Below are positions 37,401 to 45,325 of a stretch of 64,000 nt of DNA, in pieces (the stretch's first letter is position 1; each line of letters opens with the position of its first letter). The notes under the pieces were generated by a model that was not told the DNA's origin, made no database searches, and saw only the letters and a program-made list of their open reading frames with translations. This stretch comes from an uncultured Planctomycetota bacterium (GTDB lineage: Bacteria > Planctomycetota > Phycisphaerae > Sedimentisphaerales > UBA12454): NCBI GenBank assembly GCA_903847315.1, contig CAINDG010000047.1, positions 15,109 to 79,108 on the forward strand, given 5' to 3'. Position numbers and translations under genes: made by a program.

Positions 37401-38279
37401 TCTGGCTTTTGATTCCAGCTCAGATTTGACTTGTGAAATCGATTCGGCACTTTCTATTTTTATGCCGGCAAGCTGTTCAGCGTAAGTTTCAATCTGCTTT
37501 TGTGCCTGCGCATCAGCTTCTGCTTTCTCCTGACTGAGCTGAACCAATTCCTCTTTGTGACTTTGTGTCATCTCTGCAGTTTGGGTTCGGAGCCTGATTA
37601 TTTCCCCAGTTTGTTCTTCAATTCTTTTTTCGGCTTCAAGCCTTGCCTGTGTTTCGACCTCGAGTTTTTCCTGTGCTCCTGTCAGGGTCTCATTGAATAC
37701 CTTTGCGCTTTCTGAAATCTCAGCTTTTCTTTCAGCAAGCTGTTTCGCTGTAACTTCCAATTGTTTTTGGGCTTCCGACTTTTGCTCGGATTCGAACTTG
37801 AGTTTTAGCTGAAGCTCTGCAATGGCATTATGAGAATCTTTTAAGGCCTGTTGTGCTTGTATTCCGGCCTTACGTTCAGCCTCGCTCTCAGACGTGAGTC
37901 TCCGTTTCGCCTCAATCGCAAATAGAAGCTGTTTCTCAATCTGTGCGATATGTTTGTCGGCAGATTCTAACTGTCTTTCAGCGTTGGCCCTTAATTGTGC
38001 CTCATATTTTGCTTTTTCTTGAGCTTCCAGGATGGCATTTTTTTCGGCACGGGCATTGGCTTTAGCTTCAGCCTCGGCTTGTTTCCGGGCTTCCGCAATA
38101 GCTCTTTTCTCCTCTTTAGCTCGGGCCCTGGCTTTATTTAAGTTCAGGCAAGGTGCTAAAGGATGAGAAGGCCAATGTTTTTCTCCGCATATATTGCAGG
38201 TTGGCACAAATTTCTTATCCGGTGAAGAACCTGCGCCAGAAGATTGATTCTGTAAAGGCTCTTGTCGCTTTATATCCAT
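34440..38279 (-). CDS. giant coiled-coil protein with terminal Cys clusters
   Basis: 1279 aa, almost entirely heptad-like A/E/K/Q sequence. N-terminal CNICGEKHWPSHPLAPC and C-terminal CECCGK...CSSC. Five copies of a KSE.E.KAR.YA.SI.K module. Confidence 0.8.
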   Translation of the reverse strand: MDIKRQEPLQNQSSGAGSSPDKKFVPTCNICGEKHWPSHPLAPCLNLNKARARAKEEKRAIAEARKQAEAEAKANARAEKNAILEAQEKAKYEAQLRANAERQLESADKHIAQIEKQLLFAIEAKRRLTSESEAERKAGIQAQQALKDSHNAIAELQLKLKFESEQKSEAQKQLEVTAKQLAERKAEISESAKVFNETLTGAQEKLEVETQARLEAEKRIEEQTGEIIRLRTQTAEMTQSHKEELVQLSQEKAEADAQAQKQIETYAEQLAGIKIESAESISQVKSELESKARDYAESIAKTQADSVKAIAAQKEKYEAETAKNKTDASNEIERLKALLREKTEEYRAYQGQSEVEAKSTKQSLHKAEQDLQDTAKQIARLEEQLKLEIEIRHNTESQLKEQKQVLTGAQDQVSSLTQYAAHIQIEAAEKVVQVKSEMESKAMNYADSIIKAKAEASDTIANIKSHAADEIAQLRSVIEEKNKEYQAQMEEAKEKNRLERQEKVEIEYKLQAANEKIIRLQDQLRVETQDLQKIEDAFKAEQQARTDLEQKILQYREAIQEERSRAASESQAKLDAQQKLASLEEELKTFKTQAEQNIEALKLSLIKTEKSLESELKVKEVIQAQLQIDHNTRLQAEQELQDYIKAFSRADEKANLIGEELIKAQQLAHDESKARAKAQEQLESLTQQLSQVRIDTVEQIASVKSDAAQAAANIRSQLEERARDYADSIIKAKDESQKAILAERERQKTETNDLVSKIKSETAAEIQKFKSQLENNSMEHNRLIKEAETMLQTETQRRIRIEEKVRNFDALLRETEANAEKKALACAEKRAKTIAKSWVKGETTAREAAQAMAEAELRQRAETEKKLKLISVQLSKLQEQLLVQTEARSIVESQAEEFKQAMLRAQQQVESLTEQLSQIKVVTAEKIASIKSDAAETTAKVKSELEDKARIYAESILKSQSQAAETLDAERQKLEAQTVRTIEDVKDNAAKELLKVRSQFEEKRQQYEALLEKADSELQSERNSRLESERQLKNLGEKIARLQEQLSNQIDSSQKAQSQAEEQKQIALEADRKATDLKIQIAEVKAQIKSELEEKARNYADSILKVKSEAAQVLSAEKQKSEAEISELAEKLKAEAEKKILAQRIEFNEKIKEYQTEISEYKDSLKQAKVQTEFEARAKLEVEQKLKAVSEKAAGLEQKIQFDKAKEKAAAEAAQKTKAVTTAAAQVKPQSAEPAKVQTRTGTCECCGKNNVKETELHRIDSGELFCSSCFQALKTTSV

Positions 38280-38589
38280 AATTTCCCTGTCTATAATGCC
38301 GAATAATAAACAAAACTCGTTTACTAATAACGGATTTTCTCATTTTTATAGACCACAACACTTAATTTCATCCTGAAATTGATATTGACAACACAATCCT
38401 TCTTGTCAAAAGTTCCAGACTTGGGCTTATAAGCAGTAAAGATACTTACCTTGCTCCTTTGGCATACTATAGTAATATTGGGCCATTTTCAAGCAATTAA
38501 TTCTAACCAAATCAGACTTTAACGTCCTTGCTGAAAACTGGATGAAATAGTGGTGTGACTTAGACGATTTACAAAGGGTTATGAAGTAA

Positions 38590-38717
38590 GCTTGAATCTT
38601 GTCTGCGCTCTGGCGGCGAAGACACACCTGAATCCTGTCGTGCCCGATGGCCTGATTGTCAAGCTTCCTCGCCTCATCATAAAAAAATTGGAATCTTAAA
38701 TCTCCTTTTCTACTCAT
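38590..38717 (-). pseudogene. 5' fragment of an alginate-export porin paralog
   Basis: MSRKGDLRFQFFYDEARKLDNQAIGHDRIQVCLR aligns with residues ~33-66 of the 32487-33791 porin. It lacks the signal peptide and the barrel. The 5' UTR (gtaaaaaaccacaaggccgaATG) is also similar. Confidence 0.6.
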
Positions 38718-38870
38718 TCGGCCTTGTGGTTTTTTACGCTAAAAAAGGACTTTTCACGACTTATTTATAAACAGTCTTTGAATTTTAGATTTACTGCCCC
38801 AATGATACCCTTAACTTCTTTTAAAACAATAGCTTACAGATAAATAGGGTTAGATTAAATTTGTTTTCTC

Positions 38871-38900
38871 TTTACATTCACCTCTGTCGAGGGGTATAAT
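38871..38900 (+). promoter_or_regulatory. sigma70-like promoter
   Basis: TTTACA, 18 nt spacer, TATAAT. Followed by a 27-codon uORF and then the 39067 gene. Confidence 0.45.
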
Positions 38901-39066
38901 TGTGATGGATGTGTTAAAATAGGATAGGAGGCTGGAATAAATGAAGATTTGTTCAAGAGGAACATCGTCAAGGCAAGGACCGCTTTTTTCTAATTTATCC
39001 ATATTATCTCCGCGATTCCGCTAAATCATTTTCGCCTTTAAAATTTTATCCTGGAAAGAAGAGAAT

Positions 39067-39897
39067 ATGAAAAAGTTAATTACAATTTGTGCAGTAATTG
39101 CAGTCATTTTAACAGTAAATGGGGTTTCCTTTGCTGCAAACAAAATTTCATACGGTACCGTAGGTACCGGAGCAACGGCGACTGTTACCCCTGTCGGCGT
39201 TGAACTGTCCACTGCAATAGGCACCGGCACTGCTGGAAGTGCTTACGTCCGGCTGAATATCGACGGAGGTATAGCACTCAATGCCATCACGTCGCTTTCG
39301 TACACTTCGAAGATTACAACCGCTGGCGCTGGCGGCTTTGCTTTGGAAGTCGTGTTAAATACCGATGCGGACGGCGATGCAACCCTCGAAGGGACGGGAA
39401 TCGACTGGATGACGCAGAACCACAACCCGGCAACCCTCGGCTATGTCGATGGTTCAAACCGCGGAGATAATTTCTTATCTGGCGACAACAACCCACCCGG
39501 TGCGGGGACTCCGGATTTGACGTTCGTCACCAGAGATGCCTTGGGAAACTATTACTATTGGAACGCCAACGACGCTCGCAATAGTTTCGGCAGTTTTTGG
39601 AGCCCCTTCTCAACGATCGTTCCCGGTATGTTGCCGGTCAATGACATCGACGGGACAGATTTAGTCTATTCAATCGACTTTGTCGTAGGTACCAGCGGCA
39701 ATTTTGATGGCATGAAAGCTATTGTTTCAAGTGTGGAACTCAACGGCACGAGCTATGCTGCTACGTGTCTGTTTGTTATAGCAGGCGATCTGAACAATGA
39801 CTGCAAGATCAATTTTCAAGATTTTGCAATTATGGCCGCCAACTGGCTGATAGATTGTGACACGAATCCGTCCGACCCTGCTTGTGTGCCTAAATAA
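39067..39897 (+). CDS. secreted protein with C-terminal dockerin-like module (paralog 1)
   Basis: Signal peptide. C-terminal GDLNNDCKINFQDFAIMAANWLIDCDTNPSDPACVPK. Confidence 0.7.
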   Translation: MKKLITICAVIAVILTVNGVSFAANKISYGTVGTGATATVTPVGVELSTAIGTGTAGSAYVRLNIDGGIALNAITSLSYTSKITTAGAGGFALEVVLNTDADGDATLEGTGIDWMTQNHNPATLGYVDGSNRGDNFLSGDNNPPGAGTPDLTFVTRDALGNYYYWNANDARNSFGSFWSPFSTIVPGMLPVNDIDGTDLVYSIDFVVGTSGNFDGMKAIVSSVELNGTSYAATCLFVIAGDLNNDCKINFQDFAIMAANWLIDCDTNPSDPACVPK

Positions 39898-39940
39898 CTA
39901 TCAGGAAAAAATTGGAGGAAAGAGAATGAAAAAGTTAGTA
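39784..39940 (+). repeat. gene-junction repeat copy 1 (dockerin-like 3' end + spacer + next start)
   Basis: The core 39821-39916 differs at only 3 positions from 40634-40729 and spans the stop codon, the intergenic spacer and the RBS. Confidence 0.85.
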
Positions 39941-40711
39941 ACAATTTGTGCGGTAGTGGTGATGCTTTGCACATCTGCTTTAACACAAGCTGCCACCTTG
40001 TATGTTCAAGACATCATACTGTCAATACCCCCGCCTACAACTTTTTATACTTATTCTTCGGGCAGCGGCAGTTTGAGTCTTTCAAACATTAGTGTCGGCC
40101 CACCAGTATTGATACTTGAAGGATTGACAGGAAACGGCGGTTACACGATATCGAGTCCTACGGTAACTATAAGCTCTTCTCTCGTTCAGGACACAAGTTC
40201 AGGTGGTCTGGCAAGCGGTAATTTCCAAGGCGGCGGGACACTAACGATTGCAGGGACTCTAAAATACAACAATGTAGCAATTACCCCTGCTGGAACAAAT
40301 CTTATCGTTGCCACTATGGCAAGCCAGCCATGGTCTTTAGGAGAACTTACCGGTACCCCAATCATTCTTGACAGCAGTATTTACTTTGTCCCTACAGCAC
40401 AAGGTCTTGGCCTTGGCATTGCCAATGGCAGCGGCGACACTCTGAAAATAAACAATTTCAGGGCTGATTTTACATTTATGTTCGTTACCCCCAATCCCAG
40501 TGTACTTAACACCGACCAATCGCTTGCGGGCATGGCAAACTCGATTCAGATAGTAGCAGCGGCGTCTGAACCTTCGCCTTGTATGTTTGTTCTGGCCGGC
40601 GATCTGAACGATGATTGCACGGTCGATTTTTACGATTTTGCAATTATGGCCGCCAACTGGTTGATAGATTGTGACACGAATCCTTCCGACCCTGCTTGTG
40701 CGCCTAAATAA
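39926..40711 (+). CDS. secreted protein with C-terminal dockerin-like module (paralog 2)
   Basis: The ATG at 39926 (MKKLVTICAVV) has a GGAGG RBS. C-terminal GDLNDDCTVDFYDFAIMAANWLIDCDTNPSDPACAPK. Confidence 0.7.
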   Translation: MKKLVTICAVVVMLCTSALTQAATLYVQDIILSIPPPTTFYTYSSGSGSLSLSNISVGPPVLILEGLTGNGGYTISSPTVTISSSLVQDTSSGGLASGNFQGGGTLTIAGTLKYNNVAITPAGTNLIVATMASQPWSLGELTGTPIILDSSIYFVPTAQGLGLGIANGSGDTLKINNFRADFTFMFVTPNPSVLNTDQSLAGMANSIQIVAAASEPSPCMFVLAGDLNDDCTVDFYDFAIMAANWLIDCDTNPSDPACAPK

Positions 40712-40755
40712 CTATCAGGAAAAAATTGGAGAAGACTAAAATGAAAAAGTTTATT
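40598..40755 (+). repeat. gene-junction repeat copy 2
   Basis: See copy 1. Confidence 0.85.
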
Positions 40756-42084
40756 ATAATTTGTGTTGTACTTGCCTTGGCGACTATTGCCTCGGCTGCA
40801 ATTCAAACTTACTACATAGTCGACTACCCGGTTTGCCAGATTGATACGGCAACGAGAAGTACGATCCATGTGTCGGGCACGATCATGGCCGATCCGACGA
40901 CGGGTGTCATCGATTCCGCCTCATTCACTATCTCGTCGGGAACGCAGTCCTACACCGCCTCAGATGTCGAGGTCAACCCTTACATCAACTCAAATTCCAT
41001 CTATGCGTTTTCCGTCACCCCAACACAAATCGTACTGAATGAGACGTATGGATGCATCTACTTAAAAGGTGTGAACGGCGGCTACACAGAGTCTTTGCAA
41101 TGGTACATACCCCCCGATCCATGGACTCCGGGCTTTTATCCCTATCGAGGCTATATGGGGTTTGAAGGAGCCGGCCACGGTTCTGGCCTTGGTTTCGGGG
41201 GCGACATAGGAACTGTTTATCCTTGGGTCGTGGCAACAGTCGTTCCCCCGACCACCACAACTGTTACCGCATTATCCGTCACGAATACTTTAGGCTCTGC
41301 CGATTATGCCGCAGAGTTTGCTCCGGGAAGCTGGCAGGCTAACGCCATGGTCGCAGGACAAAAATCCGAATATTACGTCAGCCCGCAGGCGTTGTTCGGA
41401 CGCGACGTGACTATTGGAGAAATTTCAAGCATCAGTTATTTTACTAAAAAAAATACAACTCATACCGTCAACGCGGCGGATTGGTACATTAATATTTACA
41501 CCCTGCCCGATACTAACCTGCCCGTCCACGGCTCATGGTACGGCAATCGTATCGGCAGCGAACCTTATTTCTCACAAAACCTTCTCGACCCCTGCAACAC
41601 ATGGAACCGATGGGTTACCCCAGAGGGCCAAAACAACAGACTGCGATTCTTTGATTCAACCAATAATCAGTATTTCGGCAGCTACACAGACGGCTTCTTA
41701 TCAGATTTAATCGCCAACGCAGCCTATAAGAATCAGAAGATTCTTGCGTTTTCCGTTCAAACAGGCTCCGCCTGGGCCAACGGGTTCACAGGCCTGGTGG
41801 ATGGATTAAGCATCCAACTGACCGGCGGAGACATCGGCCGAGTTAACTTTGTCGCGACAAGCTATTGCCCTGATTCATTAGTCGGCGACCTGAACGGCGA
41901 TTGCAGGGTCGATATGAATGATTTGGCTGTGATGGTTAGTCACTGGCTCGAATCCTGCACAACTCCGAATTGGTGCGGGGGCAGCGATATAAACGAAAGC
42001 AACTCAGTCAATTTTGCCGACTTTGCCGCGTTAGCCGAAAACTGGCTCAAATGCAATCTTCAGCCGCAAAGCAGTTGCCCATAA
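40741..42084 (+). CDS. secreted protein with two C-terminal dockerin-like repeats (paralog 3)
   Basis: The ATG at 40741 (MKKFIIICVV). C-terminal GDLNGDCRVDMNDLAVMVSHWL...SDINESNSVNFADFAALAENWL. Confidence 0.7.
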   Translation: MKKFIIICVVLALATIASAAIQTYYIVDYPVCQIDTATRSTIHVSGTIMADPTTGVIDSASFTISSGTQSYTASDVEVNPYINSNSIYAFSVTPTQIVLNETYGCIYLKGVNGGYTESLQWYIPPDPWTPGFYPYRGYMGFEGAGHGSGLGFGGDIGTVYPWVVATVVPPTTTTVTALSVTNTLGSADYAAEFAPGSWQANAMVAGQKSEYYVSPQALFGRDVTIGEISSISYFTKKNTTHTVNAADWYINIYTLPDTNLPVHGSWYGNRIGSEPYFSQNLLDPCNTWNRWVTPEGQNNRLRFFDSTNNQYFGSYTDGFLSDLIANAAYKNQKILAFSVQTGSAWANGFTGLVDGLSIQLTGGDIGRVNFVATSYCPDSLVGDLNGDCRVDMNDLAVMVSHWLESCTTPNWCGGSDINESNSVNFADFAALAENWLKCNLQPQSSCP

Positions 42085-42102
42085 AATTATAAAAAGTAAA
42101 TT

Positions 42103-42134
42103 AAAACCCCGGTAAAATCAGGCCGGGGTTTTTT
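42103..42134 (+). terminator. rho-independent terminator
   Basis: aaaaccccgg-taaaatcagg-ccggggtttttt. Confidence 0.75.
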
Positions 42135-42262
42135 ATGTAATTAGCATTTTCTGTTATAATTTTATTTTTGTTTTCCATTGAATTTGACGAAAATATATTT
42201 ATCCTTATTACTTTGAAACAACAGTAGTAATTTTGCATATTAGGATAGGAGAGATAGTCAGT

Positions 42263-43258
42263 ATGGGTAAAAATTCTTCGGCCGGCAAAGCAAGCCCTTC
42301 CTCTGATAAATCAAGTGATTACTATTTGCATCTCCTTCAAAATTCCAAAGACATCCTTTTCCTAATCAATGCAAAAACAGGCAAATTTGAATATATAAGT
42401 CTTGCTGCAGCTGCAATTAGCGGTTTCACGTCGGAAGAACTAACAGAAATGGGCCTCGAAGGAATAAATAAAAGAGTATATCCCGGCGATTCTCGGGTTG
42501 AGGTTAAAAAAAATAAAGACGTATCAGAGAAACCCTCTCCGAGTAATTTTTATAGTTACATAGAACAGAGATTCAAACACAAAAAAGGTCATTGGGTCTG
42601 GTTGGGCATTAACAGAACTTTTATAACCGGCTCCAACGGCCAGGTCGAGGCAATTGTCGGCAACGTGCGGGATATCACGGAAACAAAACTGCTGCAGCAG
42701 AAATTGGAATCGTCATTGGATGATTACAGGTCTCTGTATAATAACGCACGGGTGGCGTTATACAGAACAAGAATCAGCGATGGTAAATTGCTCGAATGCA
42801 ATGAAGCCCTGGTCAAGTTCTTAGGTTATAAAAGCCGGGAAAAATGCCTTGCTGAATACTGCTCCGTGAAATATTACACAGACCTTAAACGCCGTGATGA
42901 GTTGCTGGCGATATTGAAAGAGAAAGGACAGGTTGATAACTTCGAAATAAAAGTCAGGCGGATAAGCGGGGAGGAGTTTTGGATGAAAATTTCATCGAGG
43001 ATATGTCCGGAAGAAGGCTATATAGAAGGTGCCGCATGGGACATTACAGCGTCTAAAATATTAACGCGGGTAGAAAATGAAATACTCGAATTGGTAATGC
43101 AGGGCAAATGCAACAAGGAAATAGCCTTTCAATTAAAGCGTTCCATCAGAACTATCGAAGACCACAGGGCGAATATTATGCAAAAACTCGGCGCTCATAA
43201 TCTCGTTGAACTGACAAGAAAAGCAATAGACTCCGGAATCGCGCCGGAGAAAAAGTAG
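42263..43258 (+). CDS. PAS-PAS-LuxR-type HTH transcriptional regulator
   Basis: Two PAS-like modules. C-terminal EILELVMQGKCNKEIAFQLKRSIRTIEDHRANIMQKLG. ATG at 42263 after AGGATAGGAGAG. Confidence 0.8.
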   Translation: MGKNSSAGKASPSSDKSSDYYLHLLQNSKDILFLINAKTGKFEYISLAAAAISGFTSEELTEMGLEGINKRVYPGDSRVEVKKNKDVSEKPSPSNFYSYIEQRFKHKKGHWVWLGINRTFITGSNGQVEAIVGNVRDITETKLLQQKLESSLDDYRSLYNNARVALYRTRISDGKLLECNEALVKFLGYKSREKCLAEYCSVKYYTDLKRRDELLAILKEKGQVDNFEIKVRRISGEEFWMKISSRICPEEGYIEGAAWDITASKILTRVENEILELVMQGKCNKEIAFQLKRSIRTIEDHRANIMQKLGAHNLVELTRKAIDSGIAPEKK

Positions 43259-43572
43259 AAAAAAACTGATTTTTCGCAAAAAATATTTTCATAAAACATC
43301 GCTTTTAGACACGAAAACAGGCTTTATATTCAGTCCCCGTATTTACCACAATTGTAAGATTTTCCATCTCTTCCTATAATTAGTTCTGGTCGGTAGAAGA
43401 ATTTTGAGAGAAAGTTTGCCGGTGCCGTTTCAGCGAGAAGGAAGGGTACGAATTAAAGAAAGGAATCTGCCACTCTCCATACATCATAATAGATTACATC
43501 AGGTACATTGGCTGATGTAATCCAAAATTTTTAAATTATGCCTTTCAGGATGAAGGAGTGTAATTTAAAATA

Positions 43573-43634
43573 AAAAGGTTGTTCCAATAAGCCGGTATTT
43601 CCTCCTCAACTGGCAAGTCAGGACAACCTTTTTT
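43573..43634 (-). terminator. long hairpin downstream of the terminase gene
   Basis: aaaaggttgt.cc ... ggacaacctttt, an 11-12 bp stem with a 36-nt loop and T-runs on both strands. Confidence 0.5.
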
Positions 43635-43639
43635 GTTTG

Positions 43640-45115
43640 TCAGTATTTTCTGCTTTTGGCCGCACCTGAACTATTGTAATTCACAAAGAAATACCGCAGA
43701 GCGTCAATCGGATGGTCATAAACGCCGTCTTTTAAAGGCAATTCTATCGAACCTGTCGGCGGATAGTGATAACACTGCATCGCCTCAATCAATCTGCCGC
43801 ATCGCGGACTGATAATTAAATTACTTTTCCCATCGCCGCTGCGCAAAGCCCTTCTGATAAGCTCGACGCCTTCGAGTATCGAGCTTCTTTTGTATCGCAG
43901 TTTTACTCCCGCCTGTTTCAACTGCCAGACAGGACTTGTACCCGTCACATCGTTTACACCCGCCCCCGCAGGGTCGCAAAAAGTGGCAACCACTCTTTCT
44001 TCGCCGCCCGGCATCCTGTTTTTTATCTCATCTGCGTGCGTATCAATCGTCATTCTGCTTTTTATATACTCGTCAATAACTTTTACGGTACTATTGCCGT
44101 CAATTTGAATCCACAGGCACACAAACGGATTAACAAATCCGAAATCAATCGCACGATACAGCGGCAAATCGGGATTATATTCAATCGGCGCGATATGAAT
44201 ATCGGGATTGAACTCGGCAAAGACGACATTTTCAAGCGAAGGCCGAGCGCAGAGCATTTCAGATTCAAACGCCGCCCTGCTGCTTCGCCGCATTTGCGAT
44301 ATGCAATCGTCAATCTTCAAATATCCGTCTGCTTTTCTTGCCCTGCCCTGACAATCGCCATTCAGCGGACATCTTGAACAGCTTCTTTCAGGTTGGCATT
44401 TTTCAATAACTTCCCATACGCACCATTTGAATATCGGTATTCCGCCCGCCTGCGCCTTGTCCACAAGTTCGTGCATAATCCCGAAAGGCTGATGCATCGT
44501 ACTCAGGCTTTCCATTGCCCCGATTATTTTATCGGTGCTTTTGGTAACAAATTTCGCCGCCTCTAAAATTTGCCTGTCGAACAGTTCGATTTCATCGCAT
44601 CGCAGTTTCTGGATATGACTGCCGCGAACGGACGCCGCCGATTGGGTCAGAACCTCTACATCGGAGCCGTTCAAAAAACTGCATCTGTCTTTGCGAACAG
44701 ACCCTGAAAGAAAATCTTCAAATCCGTCTCGCAGAAATCCGAGCAGGTAATCATACATCCTTTGCGCCTGCGATTCGCTGCCCGCAAGAATTCTCACTTT
44801 GCAGTTCGGCTTGAAGATACAGTCCAGAAGTGTCGCGGCAGCGGCGATAAGAGTTTTCCCGCCTCCTCTGCCCGCCCAGACGATACAATCGCCATTTGTA
44901 CTGCCGTCAAAGTCGCTGTTATAGCAGTGCCACAGATAATCCATCGGCGTATTATGCCCATCGCATATTCTCGTATCGCCGATATTGAGATTGAGAAAAA
45001 CTTTAAGGTAATTTTTCAAATCTGTTTTTGTCCTCGGCATTGTTCTTTTGAGTTTTTCATAAAAACTGTTTGCTTCTGTAATCCGGTCTGGGGATAGAAT
45101 AATAGAGTTGTTCAT
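43640..45115 (-). CDS. phage terminase large subunit
   Basis: Walker A WAGRGGGKT and Walker B LRCDEIELF. C-terminal RNaseH-like nuclease acidic motifs AIDFGF, FCDPAG, HPIDALRY. 491 aa with no frameshifts. Confidence 0.85.
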   Translation of the reverse strand: MNNSIILSPDRITEANSFYEKLKRTMPRTKTDLKNYLKVFLNLNIGDTRICDGHNTPMDYLWHCYNSDFDGSTNGDCIVWAGRGGGKTLIAAAATLLDCIFKPNCKVRILAGSESQAQRMYDYLLGFLRDGFEDFLSGSVRKDRCSFLNGSDVEVLTQSAASVRGSHIQKLRCDEIELFDRQILEAAKFVTKSTDKIIGAMESLSTMHQPFGIMHELVDKAQAGGIPIFKWCVWEVIEKCQPERSCSRCPLNGDCQGRARKADGYLKIDDCISQMRRSSRAAFESEMLCARPSLENVVFAEFNPDIHIAPIEYNPDLPLYRAIDFGFVNPFVCLWIQIDGNSTVKVIDEYIKSRMTIDTHADEIKNRMPGGEERVVATFCDPAGAGVNDVTGTSPVWQLKQAGVKLRYKRSSILEGVELIRRALRSGDGKSNLIISPRCGRLIEAMQCYHYPPTGSIELPLKDGVYDHPIDALRYFFVNYNSSGAAKSRKY

Positions 45116-45194
45116 AGGGAATCCTTAAAGAAATTGTAGAATTGAAAATTGGAAAGTTAAAAACCAAAGCCGTTCGCCAAAACGCCAAAACGGC

Positions 45195-45272
45195 GATATA
45201 AATGCATTTCAACCGGGTATTATACCATAAAACAGCCCAAAAATCAAGTTTAAATCAGCCAAAAACGAGGTT
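45195..45272 (-). promoter_or_regulatory. promoter cassette copy A (drives the terminase)
   Basis: On the minus strand, TTGATT (45247-45242), 17 nt spacer, TGG-TATAAT (45224-45219). About 85% identical to 48982-49058. Confidence 0.6.
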
Positions 45273-45291
45273 AGGCTGGTGATTGAAAATG

Positions 45292-45313
45292 ATTTGAAAT
45301 TTTAAATTTCAAA
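45292..45313 (-). terminator. AT-only palindrome after the giant lyase gene
   Basis: The near-perfect 22-bp palindrome atttgaaattttaaatttcaaat lies 13 nt beyond the stop at 45326. Confidence 0.35.
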
Positions 45314-45325
45314 TTTGAGCTTTTT

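Noticed and set aside
38427-38717. The ORF-track 96-aa CDS treated as a real gene.
   Set aside because: Only the first ~40 residues resemble a porin N-terminal region. The signal peptide is deleted and the rest is unrelated read-through. It is annotated as a pseudogene fragment.
39790-39820. A-biased substitutions between the two dockerin-like tails (39790-39820 vs 40604-40634), reminiscent of a DGR template/variable repeat pair.
   Set aside because: Only ~7 differences are seen, both copies are coding, and there is no reverse transcriptase or non-coding template repeat in the window. This is insufficient evidence.
43380-43530. GAAGGAAG and gccactc strings suggesting SRP RNA or a cobalamin riboswitch.
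   Set aside because: The flanking conserved elements are absent: the SRP domain IV AGCAGC/GGAA loop context and the B12 box GCCACTG with its surrounding helices. It is only retained as a generic sRNA candidate.
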